From Polyangiaceae bacterium (GTDB lineage: Bacteria > Myxococcota_A > Polyangia > Polyangiales > Polyangiaceae): DNA of 40,133 nt. Shown in pieces: positions 1 to 9,232 of the stretch (the stretch's first letter is position 1; each line of letters opens with the position of its first letter). Under the pieces are notes generated by a model that saw only the letters and a program-made list of their open reading frames with translations, was not told where the DNA came from and made no database searches. The stretch covers positions 1 through 40,133 of the forward strand of contig JAYTBL010000370.1 in assembly GCA_043736975.1 (NCBI GenBank). The letters run 5' to 3'. Position numbers and translations under genes: made by a program.

Positions 1-705
1 ATGATCGCGGCGGCACGCCAGCATGCGGGGCTGAAATCGGCGGTGCTGATCCCGAACCGCCGCGGGTTCGACCTGGCCCTCGAGCACAGGCCCGACGAGG
101 TCGTGGTGGTGATCTCGGCGTCCGAGCCGCATAACCTCGCAAATATCCGCCGCACCGTGAGTGAATCCCTGGCCGAGATGTGCCCCATGTTCGCCGAAGC
201 CAGGGCGCAGGGCATCCATGTCAGGCTGGCGGTGGCGACGGCCTTCCATTGTCCCTTCGCGGGGCCGGTGGCGCATGACCTTGTCTTCGCGGTCGTCGAC
301 GAGGCGGTGGCGACAGGATCCTGCACGGAGATCGTGCTCGCCGACACCATAGGCCATGCCTTTCCGCAGGAAGTGGCCGAGCTGGTGGGCGCGGCCCTGC
401 GGCGGTATCCCGGCCTGAAAATCGGCCTTCACGCCCATGACACCAAGGGTCGCGGCGTCGCGAACGCCATGGCTGCCGTGGCGGTGGGGGTCACCGTTCT
501 CGATGGCGCGCAGGCGGGCCTTGGCGGCTGCCCCTTCGCGCCTGGCGCGGCCGGGAATGTGGCAACGGGTGATCTGGCAGCGGCCCTGGAGGCGGCCGGC
601 ATGGTGACGGGCATCGACAGGCAAGCCATGGAGCTGGCCTCCACCCTGGCCTCGTCATTCGGTCCGCCGCGATGCGTGCCTTCCCTTCCAGAACGAAGCC
701 CATGA
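1..705 (+). CDS. Hydroxymethylglutaryl-CoA lyase family protein (DRE-TIM), probably 5'-truncated by the window edge
   Basis: Motifs LADTIG, HAHDTKGRGVAN and GLGGCPFAPGAAGNVAT. The N-terminal RDGxQ motif of the family is absent, so the true start probably lies upstream of base 1. Confidence 0.85.
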   Translation: MIAAARQHAGLKSAVLIPNRRGFDLALEHRPDEVVVVISASEPHNLANIRRTVSESLAEMCPMFAEARAQGIHVRLAVATAFHCPFAGPVAHDLVFAVVDEAVATGSCTEIVLADTIGHAFPQEVAELVGAALRRYPGLKIGLHAHDTKGRGVANAMAAVAVGVTVLDGAQAGLGGCPFAPGAAGNVATGDLAAALEAAGMVTGIDRQAMELASTLASSFGPPRCVPSLPERSP

Positions 706-844
706 CCTGAAACGGCAAAAGGCAAGGCCTGACTTGGGGCCGCGCGTGACAAGATGTTTGCTCGGCAAAACCTGTGCGTGGCAAGATCTGCATGTGGCAT
801 GGGGCACCGGGCATTGCTCTCACGCCCACGATTGAGCGGACTGG

Positions 845-2872
845 CTAGTTGAGGCTGGCCGGAGCCTGCGACCTGGCCTTTGGCGGCGCGCCCGGAGCCG
901 GGGCCGGGACACCGTCCAGCGCTTCCGGAGAGTTGCCCATGCCCTGCAGCTGCGCTGTAAGAACCAGGATCGTGCGCAGGCGCGAGCCGGGCTCGAGCTC
1001 CGAAAAGGCCACGATCGGCATGTGGCTGGTCTGGATGCCGAGCAGGGTGCGGGTGTAGCGCCGCATGTCGGCGGGCAGGGCGAGCGCCACGGGGCGCCCC
1101 TCCGCGGCCATCCTGTCCTCCACCTGTCGGATCTGCTGCAGCAGCCTGCGCACTTCCTCGCCAAGGGCAGGCGCGGCCCTGGCCCCGGCATTCTGCTCCG
1201 AGGCGCGGCGCAGCACGTTTTCCGCGTCCGGCGAGCAGATGACGAGGTTGACCTGGCCGTCGGCATCCGTGAACCTTGCGGTGATGGCCCGCTTCATCAA
1301 CAGGCGCGCGACATCGACCATGTCGCTGACCTTGCCGCCGTATTTCTGCGCGCGCATCATGGTTTCGAGGATGATGCGGGACTGGGTGAGCGGCAGCCCG
1401 TCCTCGAGCAGCTCGCGCCCGAAATCGACCACCAGAAGCGGCGTGACAGCCTGCTCGACATCTGCGACCAGCTTGGGATGGCGCTCGCGCTGGCTTGCGA
1501 GCCAGGCAGCGGCCGCATCCACATCGAACGCGCGGGCGGCATCCTTCTCGACATTGCGCCTGAGGAAGGCGAGCACAAGCTCGTCATCGCCGCAATCCTC
1601 AGCGCTGAGGAACTCCGTCGGTATCCCTTCGAGAAAGAAGCGGAAGCCATCCGCGTCCTCATCGGCGATGAACCCGACAGGCGGCATGTCGAAACCCAGC
1701 TTGCGGCTGAGCCTGGCCAGCTCCTCGCCATAGCGCTTGGCGATGCCCCGTGCCTCAAGGTCTTCGATGATCGCTTCAGAGGTGATGACGGTGAAGACTT
1801 CGCCCGGCATGTTCCTCGGCAGGGTTTTCTCGGCCACTGTCGTGGCTTCGAGCGTGGCGCTGTCCGCAGCCGCGATCTTGTCGCTGTCAGCCTTGGCCAC
1901 GGCGGAGCGCCCCCGCGCCAGATAGAGGCCCGCGCCACCGATCAACCCCGCCACGATCAGGAATATGACGGTCGGAAAACCGGGCACGAAACTGAACAGG
2001 CCGATGATGCCACCCGCGATCAGCAGGGAGCGCGGCTCCGAGGCAAGCTGCCGGCCTATGTCGCGCCCGAGGTCGCTGGACTTGTCGGTCGCCACGCGCG
2101 TCACCACGATGCCAGCCGAAATGGCGATGAACATGGAAGGGATCTGCGCGACGAGGCCGTCGCCGATGCTCAGGATCGAGTAGACATGGATCGCCTCGCC
2201 GAAGCGCATGCCCTTCTGCATCACGCCGATCAGCAAACCGCCGAACAGGTTGACGAAAACCACCACCAGCGCGGCGATGGCGTCACCCTTGACGAAGCGC
2301 ATCGCGCCATCCATCGCGCCGAAGAACTGGCTTTCCTTGTCGAGCACGAAACGGCGGCGGCGCGCCTCTTTCTTCTCGATGTCGCCACTGCGCAGGTCGG
2401 CATCGATCGCCATCTGCTTGCCGGGCATCGCGTCCAGCACGAACCGCGCCCCGACCTCCGCCACGCGCTCCGAGCCCTTCGCGATGACGATGAACTGGAT
2501 GATGGTGAGGACCAGGAACACGACCGCGCCGACCACGTAGTTGCCCCGGACCACGAACCCGCCGAACGCCTTGATCACGTCGCCGGCGTTCGCCTGGAGG
2601 AGGATGAGGCGGCTGGTCGAGACGTTGAGGGCCAGGCGGAAGAGGGTGGTCAGGAGCAGGAGCGTGGGGAAGGTGGCGATGGCCAGGGCGTCCGGCACGT
2701 AGAGGACGACCAGCAAGATCGCCACGGAAAGCGAGAGGTTGGTGGCGAGGAGGATGTCGAGCAGCCACGTCGGGAGCGGGACGATGAGCATCGCCACCAC
2801 GCCCACGACGAGCGCCGCCAGCGCGAGCTCCGCGCCCCCCAGACCCGACCGAGCCGAGCTTCCCCCACGCAT
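845..2872 (-). CDS. sctV: Type III secretion export apparatus protein SctV (LcrD/HrcV/FlhA family)
   Basis: FPTLLLLTTLFRLALNVSTSRLIL, KGSERVAEVGARFVLDAMPGKQMAIDADL, ESQFFGAMDGAMRFVKGDAIA and GDGLVAQIP. ESQ..GAM resembles SctV more than FlhA (EADF..GAS). Start placed at ATG 2872 (MRGG...). Confidence 0.88.
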   Translation of the reverse strand: MRGGSSARSGLGGAELALAALVVGVVAMLIVPLPTWLLDILLATNLSLSVAILLVVLYVPDALAIATFPTLLLLTTLFRLALNVSTSRLILLQANAGDVIKAFGGFVVRGNYVVGAVVFLVLTIIQFIVIAKGSERVAEVGARFVLDAMPGKQMAIDADLRSGDIEKKEARRRRFVLDKESQFFGAMDGAMRFVKGDAIAALVVVFVNLFGGLLIGVMQKGMRFGEAIHVYSILSIGDGLVAQIPSMFIAISAGIVVTRVATDKSSDLGRDIGRQLASEPRSLLIAGGIIGLFSFVPGFPTVIFLIVAGLIGGAGLYLARGRSAVAKADSDKIAAADSATLEATTVAEKTLPRNMPGEVFTVITSEAIIEDLEARGIAKRYGEELARLSRKLGFDMPPVGFIADEDADGFRFFLEGIPTEFLSAEDCGDDELVLAFLRRNVEKDAARAFDVDAAAAWLASQRERHPKLVADVEQAVTPLLVVDFGRELLEDGLPLTQSRIILETMMRAQKYGGKVSDMVDVARLLMKRAITARFTDADGQVNLVICSPDAENVLRRASEQNAGARAAPALGEEVRRLLQQIRQVEDRMAAEGRPVALALPADMRRYTRTLLGIQTSHMPIVAFSELEPGSRLRTILVLTAQLQGMGNSPEALDGVPAPAPGAPPKARSQAPASLN

Positions 2873-2967
2873 CGCGAGGAGGCTAATGCCTAAGCTCCAA
2901 AAGAACGCGCAAATTGTTAATGTGTAGGGGAAGCGTCTCGGGCTATGCTTTTCTTTATCCTCGAGCG

Positions 2968-3753
2968 ATGGCGATGAGCAACCAGCCCGCCCACCCCCCT
3001 CTCCGGCGCACCGGGACAGGGAGCTCCGACGTCGGGCGAAAGCGTCAGTCGAACGAGGACGCGTTCTTCTTCGACGATCGCCTCGGCCTCTACATCGTGG
3101 GCGATGGCATGGGCGGGCACGCTGCCGGGGAGATCGCCAGCCAGGAGGCCGTCGAGACGGTCTACGGCATGGTGAAGCGCGGGATCGGCAACCTCCACGA
3201 GCTGGCCGATCCACTGGTCGAGGAGGACGTCCGCGCAGCGAGCCGCCTGATGGAGAGCGCCATCCAGGCCGCCACGTACATGGTCTTCTCGATGGCCGAG
3301 ATGGACCGCGGCAAGACCGGCATGGGCACCACGCTGAGCGCGCTGCTCGTCCTCGGCGAGTTCGCGGTGACGGCGCAGGTCGGTGACAGCCGCATCTACC
3401 GGGTACACGGCGAGACCGTCGAACAACTCACGGAAGATCACACGCTCATCGCGTGGCAGCTGAAGCAGGGCCTCATCACCCCGCAAGAAGCCAAGAAGTC
3501 ACCTCACAGGAACGTCATCACGCGCGCGGTCGGAAACCGGGATTACGTCCAGGTCGATACCGGCCTCGTGAAGCTGACGACGAGCACGAAGTTCCTGCTC
3601 TGCTCGGACGGTCTCCACGGGTACCTGCGCGAGAGCGACATCGCTCCCATCGCGAACCTCGGCGGAGAAGACGCGGTGAAGAAGTTCATTGCTCTCGCGA
3701 ACGAACGCGGCGGCAAGGACAACATCACGGCCATCCTCGTCGAAGTGGACTAG
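2968..3753 (+). CDS. PP2C/PPM-family Ser/Thr protein phosphatase
   Basis: SDVGRKRQSNED, DGMGGHAAGEIAS, GMGTT, VGDSRIY, RNVITRAVG, LLCSDGL and GGKDNIT. Start at ATG 2968 or 2974. Confidence 0.93.
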   Translation: MAMSNQPAHPPLRRTGTGSSDVGRKRQSNEDAFFFDDRLGLYIVGDGMGGHAAGEIASQEAVETVYGMVKRGIGNLHELADPLVEEDVRAASRLMESAIQAATYMVFSMAEMDRGKTGMGTTLSALLVLGEFAVTAQVGDSRIYRVHGETVEQLTEDHTLIAWQLKQGLITPQEAKKSPHRNVITRAVGNRDYVQVDTGLVKLTTSTKFLLCSDGLHGYLRESDIAPIANLGGEDAVKKFIALANERGGKDNITAILVEVD

Positions 3754-3759
3754 TCCCGT

Positions 3760-3783
3760 GGGGGTGGGCCAGCGGCCCCCTCC
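3760..3783 (+). terminator. Possible GC-rich hairpin after the PP2C gene
   Basis: GGGGG(T)GGGCC-AGC-GGCCCCCTCC can form about 10 bp with one bulge. It is followed by a pyrimidine-rich tail rather than a poly-U tail. Confidence 0.3.
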
Positions 3784-3978
3784 TTCCCCCCTTCGCGACG
3801 AAAACTTGGCCCCTTGACCCTCACTTCGGTACGTGAGACGAGGCCTTGCTTCGTGTTTCTCGCGTGACCCCCCGTGTCTCGCGAGACACACCACCCGCTC
3901 CCAACCGTTGGACTTCCTTCGCGAAGCCGCACGGCGCGGATCTTGGAACTGCCAGACCAACCCCCGAGGGATGACAGA

Positions 3979-5034
3979 ATGAACAAGCGGCGTGTGGGCG
4001 TATTGATGGGCGGCTCGAGCGGTGAACGCGAGATCTCGCTGAGGACCGGCGAAGGCGTGGCGCGTGCGCTCGAGGCTCGCGGGCACGAGGTGGCGCGGGT
4101 CGTCTTGCCTGCCGCGCCAGGCGCGCGCGGCGCGGATGCGCAGCCGATCGACGTCACGCTGCGTGCTGCCGGGATCGACGTGGCGTTCCTTGCGCTCCAC
4201 GGACGCGGCGGTGAGGACGGCTGTCTGCAGGGCATGCTCGAGCTGATGGGCATCCCCTACACCGGCTCCTCGGTGCTCGCCTCGGCCCTCGCGATGGACA
4301 AGCTCAAGGCGAAGGAGATGTTCCGTCTCCACAACATCCCGACGCCCCCGTACTACGTGGCGACGGAGACCGACCTCCTCGGCGACGAGGACCTCGCGGA
4401 GCTGCACGGCAGCTTCGGCTATCCGGTCATCGTGAAGCCCCGCAACGAGGGCTCGTCGCTCGGTCTTGCGAAGGCCGGCGATCTGCGCGAGCTCCGCTCG
4501 GGCATCGAGGCGGCGCTCGAGCTCGATCGCTGGGCGCTCGTCGAACGCTACATCAAGGCCACCGAGGTCCACGTCGGCGTGCTCGACGGCCGCGTCCTCG
4601 GCTGCATCGAGGTAGCTCCCAAGAGCGGCATCTACGACTACTCCGCGAAGTACACCGCAGGCGCCACCGACTACATCATCCCGCCCCGCATCGCGCCCAC
4701 GCGTACCCGCGGCGTCATGAACCTCGCGGAGCGCGCGGTCCGGGCGCTCGGCTGCACCGGCGCCGTGCGCGTCGACCTCCTCGTGACCGAGGGTGAGAAC
4801 GAGTATGTCCTGGAGGTCAACACGCTGCCGGGCATGACCGCGACCTCGCTGCTGCCGAAGATCGCGGACCACGCGGGCATCGCCTACGGCGAGCTCTGCG
4901 AGCTCATTCTCGCCAGCGCCACGCTCCACGCGGGCCTCCAGGCGAAGCCCGCCTCCGAGCGGCGCCGCTCCGGCGTGACCTTCTCGCCGCACGCCGAGTC
5001 GGCGGTCACGCCCGTCGCGCGCAAAGCGGTCTAG
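3979..5034 (+). CDS. ddl: D-alanine--D-alanine ligase
   Basis: VGVLMGGSSGEREISL, LHGRGGEDGCLQG, IPYTGS, AMDK, VKPRNEGSSLG, YDYSAKY and EVNTLPGMT. Start at ATG 3979. Confidence 0.96.
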   Translation: MNKRRVGVLMGGSSGEREISLRTGEGVARALEARGHEVARVVLPAAPGARGADAQPIDVTLRAAGIDVAFLALHGRGGEDGCLQGMLELMGIPYTGSSVLASALAMDKLKAKEMFRLHNIPTPPYYVATETDLLGDEDLAELHGSFGYPVIVKPRNEGSSLGLAKAGDLRELRSGIEAALELDRWALVERYIKATEVHVGVLDGRVLGCIEVAPKSGIYDYSAKYTAGATDYIIPPRIAPTRTRGVMNLAERAVRALGCTGAVRVDLLVTEGENEYVLEVNTLPGMTATSLLPKIADHAGIAYGELCELILASATLHAGLQAKPASERRRSGVTFSPHAESAVTPVARKAV

Positions 5035-5065
5035 AGCACCGAACTCTAGCGTTTCCTGGGACGCT

Positions 5066-5293
5066 TCAGTCCCTGAACAAGATCCGCGCAACCACAGCGA
5101 AGCGGGCCTCCTCCTCGTCGTCCCGATGGTCCTCTCCCTTGATCTCCAGCTCCGCAAGCTCGATTTCGAGGGGGATGTACTCCGCCAGGGTGAGCAGCCG
5201 CTCGACCTTTCCGAAGTACGAATGCCGGTCCCGGTACTCGAGGTAACGCTTGTGGACCTGCCGATCGTTGCCGCTGGGGGGCGCTCCGCTCAT
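5066..5293 (-). CDS. Small hypothetical protein (75 aa)
   Basis: Fills the gap between ddl and the kinase without overlap. Its composition is protein-like, not the Arg/Pro-rich type of shadow ORFs. A TAGCTT hexamer lies just upstream. Confidence 0.6.
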   Translation of the reverse strand: MSGAPPSGNDRQVHKRYLEYRDRHSYFGKVERLLTLAEYIPLEIELAELEIKGEDHRDDEEEARFAVVARILFRD

Positions 5294-5343
5294 CAGCGCC
5301 GCAAGCTAGCACGGTCGTCGTGATAGGCTCGGAGGGGACTCGG

Positions 5344-7032
5344 ATGTCGGAAACCGACGACTCCCTTCCTCGCCTCTTGGGCGCAAGATACCGCCTCGAG
5401 GCCAAGCTCGGCTCCGGCGGCATGGGGGTGGTGTACCGCGCCACCGACCAGACGATGCATCGCGCGGTCGCGGTGAAGCTGGTTCGCGGGGTCGACGGGG
5501 TGACGCTCGACGACGAGGTGGCGGGCCGCTTCCTCCGCGAGGCGAAGAACACGGCGCGCGTCCAGCACGAGAACATCATCGAGGTCTACGACCTCGGCCG
5601 CAGTGACCAGGGCGACATGTACTTCGTCATGGAACTGCTCGAGGGCGAGTCGCTCTCCACGAAGCTGCGGCGGGAAGGGAAGCTCAAGCCGGCGCTCGCG
5701 GTCCACATCGCCCGTCAGATGTGCGCAGCGCTCCACGTCGCGCACGCTGCCGGGATCATCCATCGCGATCTCAAGCCGGCGAACGTGATGCTCGTGCAGC
5801 GCGGCAACGACTCGAGCTACGTGAAGGTGCTCGATTTCGGCGTCGCCAAGTCGTACACGCCCGATCAGCAGACGCAGCTCACGCATACCGGCATGCTCGT
5901 CGGGACCGTCGAGTACATGGCGCCCGAGCAGATCATGGGGCGCACCGTGGACGGTCGCACCGATCTGTACGCGCTCGGCGTCGTCATGTACCGCATGCTC
6001 TCGGGCAAGGCGCCGTTCCGCGACGGCGGCGTCCCCGCGCTCATCCACGCGCACCTCAACGTCTATGCCAAGTCGATGACCGAGGCGAACCCCGAGATCC
6101 CGGGCGAGCTCGATCGCGTCATCCTGCGCTGCCTCGCGAAGCAGCCCGAGCAGCGCTTTGAATCGATGGAGGAGCTCTCGCGCGCGCTCGCGGGGGCCAT
6201 CGAGCCGCCCAAGGCGCTAGCAAACCTCGAGTACGGCGACGACGACGACATCTACCAGGCCGGCGACATGACCGAGGTCGCGCGGCCGCCCGAGATGGGC
6301 CTGGCGCCGCGTGCGGACTCGCAGGCGCCGCTGGGGCCGAAGCAGCCGCGGGCGCCGCAGCAGGCGTCGAAGGCGGCGCCCCGCACCGAGCGCATCGCCC
6401 CGGCGCCCGTCCTGCCGTCGCTCGCCGACCGCCACCAGGAGCTCCCGTCGGAGGAGGCCTTCGACGACGCAACGATCAAGATGGACCGCCCCGATCCCGC
6501 GTCGCTGCCGCGACGGATCCCGCGGGCCGCGACGCCGCCCGACGACAGCAGCGATCGTACGGCGATCATGAACCGCGAGGAGCTCTCGACGGCGAAGCGC
6601 CCGGTCCCCGACTCGGTGACGCGCGTCGACAGCGCAGGCCCGCGCGAGTGCGCGATGTGCCGGACGATGAACGCGCCGCATGCGCGCGCGTGCGCGGCAT
6701 GCGGCGTGTCCCTCGCGAACGAGGATCAGGATGCGGTGCGCGCCCGCGTCACCGCGCCGCGCACCGCGCACCTCGCCGCGCCGCAGATGCCCCCGCCGCA
6801 GTCGCAGCCCTACCTCTCGCCGCCATCGCCGCCGCTCCCCCCGCCGCCGTTCGGCCATTCGCCGGCGCAGGGCATTCCCGGCATGCCGCAGCACCAGCAG
6901 GGGTCGCCGCCGATGCCGCCGACGAACCCGCGCCAGAGCTACGCGAGCGTCAACACCTGGCAAGCCCCGCAGCCGCAGCCGCAGCAGCGCTCCGCCTGGC
7001 ACCGCTTCCTCTCGTGGACGGGCCTGCGGTGA
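5344..7032 (+). CDS. Hanks-type Ser/Thr protein kinase with Pro-rich linker and C-terminal zinc ribbon
   Basis: LGSGGMGVVY, VAVK, HRDLKPAN, DFG, GTVEYMAPEQ and DLYALG. CAMCRTMNAPHARACAACG lies at 6649-6705. GGAGGGG RBS before ATG 5344. Confidence 0.93.
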   Translation: MSETDDSLPRLLGARYRLEAKLGSGGMGVVYRATDQTMHRAVAVKLVRGVDGVTLDDEVAGRFLREAKNTARVQHENIIEVYDLGRSDQGDMYFVMELLEGESLSTKLRREGKLKPALAVHIARQMCAALHVAHAAGIIHRDLKPANVMLVQRGNDSSYVKVLDFGVAKSYTPDQQTQLTHTGMLVGTVEYMAPEQIMGRTVDGRTDLYALGVVMYRMLSGKAPFRDGGVPALIHAHLNVYAKSMTEANPEIPGELDRVILRCLAKQPEQRFESMEELSRALAGAIEPPKALANLEYGDDDDIYQAGDMTEVARPPEMGLAPRADSQAPLGPKQPRAPQQASKAAPRTERIAPAPVLPSLADRHQELPSEEAFDDATIKMDRPDPASLPRRIPRAATPPDDSSDRTAIMNREELSTAKRPVPDSVTRVDSAGPRECAMCRTMNAPHARACAACGVSLANEDQDAVRARVTAPRTAHLAAPQMPPPQSQPYLSPPSPPLPPPPFGHSPAQGIPGMPQHQQGSPPMPPTNPRQSYASVNTWQAPQPQPQQRSAWHRFLSWTGLR

Positions 7033-7043
7033 GCTGAGCGGGC

Positions 7044-7649
7044 TCAGCTCTCCGGGGGGAGGTTGCCTTCCGCGTCGACGGCCTTCTTCACGTTGCGCGC
7101 CTTCGCGATGACGTAGCCGACCGCGATGATGCCCGCCGCCAGAAAGCCGAGGCCCAAGCTGCGGCGGAACTTCAGGTCCGCGTTGTCGGCCGACGTGCCG
7201 TCGTGCTCGCCCGCACCACCGCCGTTGCTCGCGTACTGCCCCTCCGCCCCCTCGGCGACCGCGCCACCGCCGCCGCCACCGCCACCGCCCGCGCCGCCAC
7301 CGACGCCGCCGACGTTGACCTTCTGCGCAGCGCCCATCTTACCGCCGGCCTGACCGCCGCCGCCGCCGCCGCCACGGCCACCGCCACCGCCACCGCCACC
7401 GCCGGACGTGCTGCCGCCGCCGCTCGCGGGGGAGCTGCCGCCGCCGCCGCTGCGCTCGCCGAGCTCATCGCTGCTGTTGCCTGCGCTCTTCTTCATGCTC
7501 GAGCCGAGCATGCGCCAGGCGCCGCCCGCGATGAGCATCACCCCCACCACCAGCAGCGCGTACTCGACAAGGGTCGCTCCGCGCGCCCGACGGGACCGAC
7601 GGCGCCAGAACGAAGAGGAGGAAGCCAGACGTGTCATCGGGGATTGCAT
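7044..7649 (-). CDS. Flp/Tad-type (type IVc) pilin-like protein with Gly-rich linker and C-terminal transmembrane segment
   Basis: Basic leader, then RARG|ATLVEYALLVVGVMLIAGGAW (Flp motif G-x4-EY), long Gly/Ser runs and a hydrophobic LGLGFLAAGIIAVGYVIA. Start at 7649 or 7637. Confidence 0.72.
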   Translation of the reverse strand: MQSPMTRLASSSSFWRRRSRRARGATLVEYALLVVGVMLIAGGAWRMLGSSMKKSAGNSSDELGERSGGGGSSPASGGGSTSGGGGGGGGGRGGGGGGGQAGGKMGAAQKVNVGGVGGGAGGGGGGGGGAVAEGAEGQYASNGGGAGEHDGTSADNADLKFRRSLGLGFLAAGIIAVGYVIAKARNVKKAVDAEGNLPPES

Positions 7650-7705
7650 CGGGCCTTGGCCTCGATCATACGAAAATCCTGGGACTATTGTCCTATCCTA
7701 CCCGC

Positions 7706-9232
7706 GTGAAGGACGAGCTTCGGCTCCTGGCCCGCGCCGTCGGGGTGGTGAAGACCTTGGGAGAGGTCGTGGCCGTGCGATCGGCCTCGGTTTCGTTCCG
7801 CGCCGGCGAGATCCACGCGCTCTGCGGAGAGAATGGTGCCGGCAAGAGCACGCTGCTCAAGCTGGTGGCGGGGATGATGGTGCCGGACTCAGGCCACATC
7901 GAGGCCTTCGGCTCGCGCCTCGAGCCCCACACGCCCCGGGAGGGGATCCGCCGCGGTATCGGCATGGTGCTCCAGCACTTCGCCCTCGTACCCGTCTTCA
8001 GCGCTCTCGAGAACATCATGCTCGGCGCCGAGCCGACGTCCGCGCTCGGCGTGATCGACCGACCCACGGCGCGGAAGAAGGCCGAGGCGGTGGGGAAGGA
8101 GCTCGGCGTCGAGCTGCCGCTCGATGCCCTGGTGGAGACGCTCGGCGTCGGCGACCGCCAGCGCCTCGAGATCGCCCGCGCGCTCTACCGCGACGCGCAG
8201 CTCCTCATCCTCGACGAGCCAACCGCGGTCCTCACCAAGGGCGAGGCGGCGGCGCTCTACGCGACGCTGCGCCGCCTCGCGGACGCAGGCACCGGGGTGG
8301 TGGTGGTGACGCACAAGATGGACGAGGTGAAGGCCCACGCGGACGTGGTGACCGTCATGCGTCGTGGCGATCTCGTGTTCACCAGGCCGCTCGAGCGCGG
8401 CGCAGGGCACGATCTCGACGCGCAGATCGCCGAGGTGACCGCCGCGATCATGGGGGCGGGGAAGGGCGCGCACCGGTCCGCGGAGCCGCCGCCCGCCGCC
8501 GCCACCCGCCGCGACGAAGTCGTGCTCGACGTGCGCGAGGTCTCGCTCGGGCGCGGCCTCACCGAGGTCTCGCTCACGCTGCACGCAGGCGAGATCGTCG
8601 GCGTCGCGGGCGTCGAAGGGAACGGTCAGCGCGAGCTCGTGGCGCTCCTGGCCCGCGACAGCGCGCCCGACGCTGGCGAGATCACGGGCGCGGAGACCGC
8701 GGTGATCCGCGAGGATCGCCAGGTGCAGGGCCTGGTGCTCGATGCCTCGGTGCGCGACAACCTCGTGCTCGGCGAGCTCGGCTCGTTCTCGCGCCTCGGG
8801 CTCCTCGATCTCGGCAGGCTCGAGGTCGAGGCCAAGCAGCGCCTCGCCGCCTCGGGGGCGCCGCAGGATCTCGATCGCCCGGCGCGCGGCCTCTCGGGCG
8901 GCAACCAGCAGAAGGTCGTGGTGGCGCGCGCGCTGGCGCGGCTCTCCCAGGACCACGCGCGCGTGCTCGTGGCGGCGCAACCCACGCGCGGCGTCGACCT
9001 CGGCGCCAGCTCCGACATCCACGAGCGCCTGCGGGCGGCGGCGGCCGGCGGGGCCGGCGTGCTCGTTCTCTCGGCTGATCTCGATGAACTGCGTGCACTC
9101 TGCAGTCGTATTCTGGTGCTCGCGCGCGGGCGGATCGTCGCCGATCTCCCGCCCACCACGTCGGACGAGGAGTTCGGACGCCGCATGCTCGGCGTCACCG
9201 GCGCGAACGTCGCGTCCGGGGGGGCCTCGTGA
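7706..9232 (+). CDS. ABC transporter ATP-binding protein, tandem-domain nucleoside/sugar (CUT2, NupA/YufO-like) type
   Basis: GENGAGKST, LLILDEPT, VTHK, GVAGVEGNGQREL, LSGGNQQK and QPTRGVD. Start at GTG 7706. Confidence 0.92.
   Translation: MKDELRLLARAVGVVKTLGEVVAVRSASVSFRAGEIHALCGENGAGKSTLLKLVAGMMVPDSGHIEAFGSRLEPHTPREGIRRGIGMVLQHFALVPVFSALENIMLGAEPTSALGVIDRPTARKKAEAVGKELGVELPLDALVETLGVGDRQRLEIARALYRDAQLLILDEPTAVLTKGEAAALYATLRRLADAGTGVVVVTHKMDEVKAHADVVTVMRRGDLVFTRPLERGAGHDLDAQIAEVTAAIMGAGKGAHRSAEPPPAAATRRDEVVLDVREVSLGRGLTEVSLTLHAGEIVGVAGVEGNGQRELVALLARDSAPDAGEITGAETAVIREDRQVQGLVLDASVRDNLVLGELGSFSRLGLLDLGRLEVEAKQRLAASGAPQDLDRPARGLSGGNQQKVVVARALARLSQDHARVLVAAQPTRGVDLGASSDIHERLRAAAAGGAGVLVLSADLDELRALCSRILVLARGRIVADLPPTTSDEEFGRRMLGVTGANVASGGAS

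Noticed and set aside
845-3214. Flagellar FlhA call and the 114-aa N-terminal extension in the ORF track
   Set aside because: Signature residues fit SctV better and no flagellar genes are present. The extension overlaps the divergent PP2C gene.
3979-5034. ddl as a VanA/B-type D-Ala-D-Lac ligase because it lies outside a dcw cluster
   Set aside because: The omega loop YDYSAKY is the D-Ala-D-Ala type, and no vanH or vanX genes are adjacent.
5031-5049. CTAGAG-N7-CTCTAG inverted repeat at the ddl stop
   Set aside because: The 6-bp stem is weak and has no convincing U tract, so it is too weak to call a terminator.
7255-7450. (GCC/ACC)n microsatellite-like runs
   Set aside because: They are explained by poly-Gly codons on the minus strand. 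There is no repeat-spacer structure, so this is not a CRISPR array.
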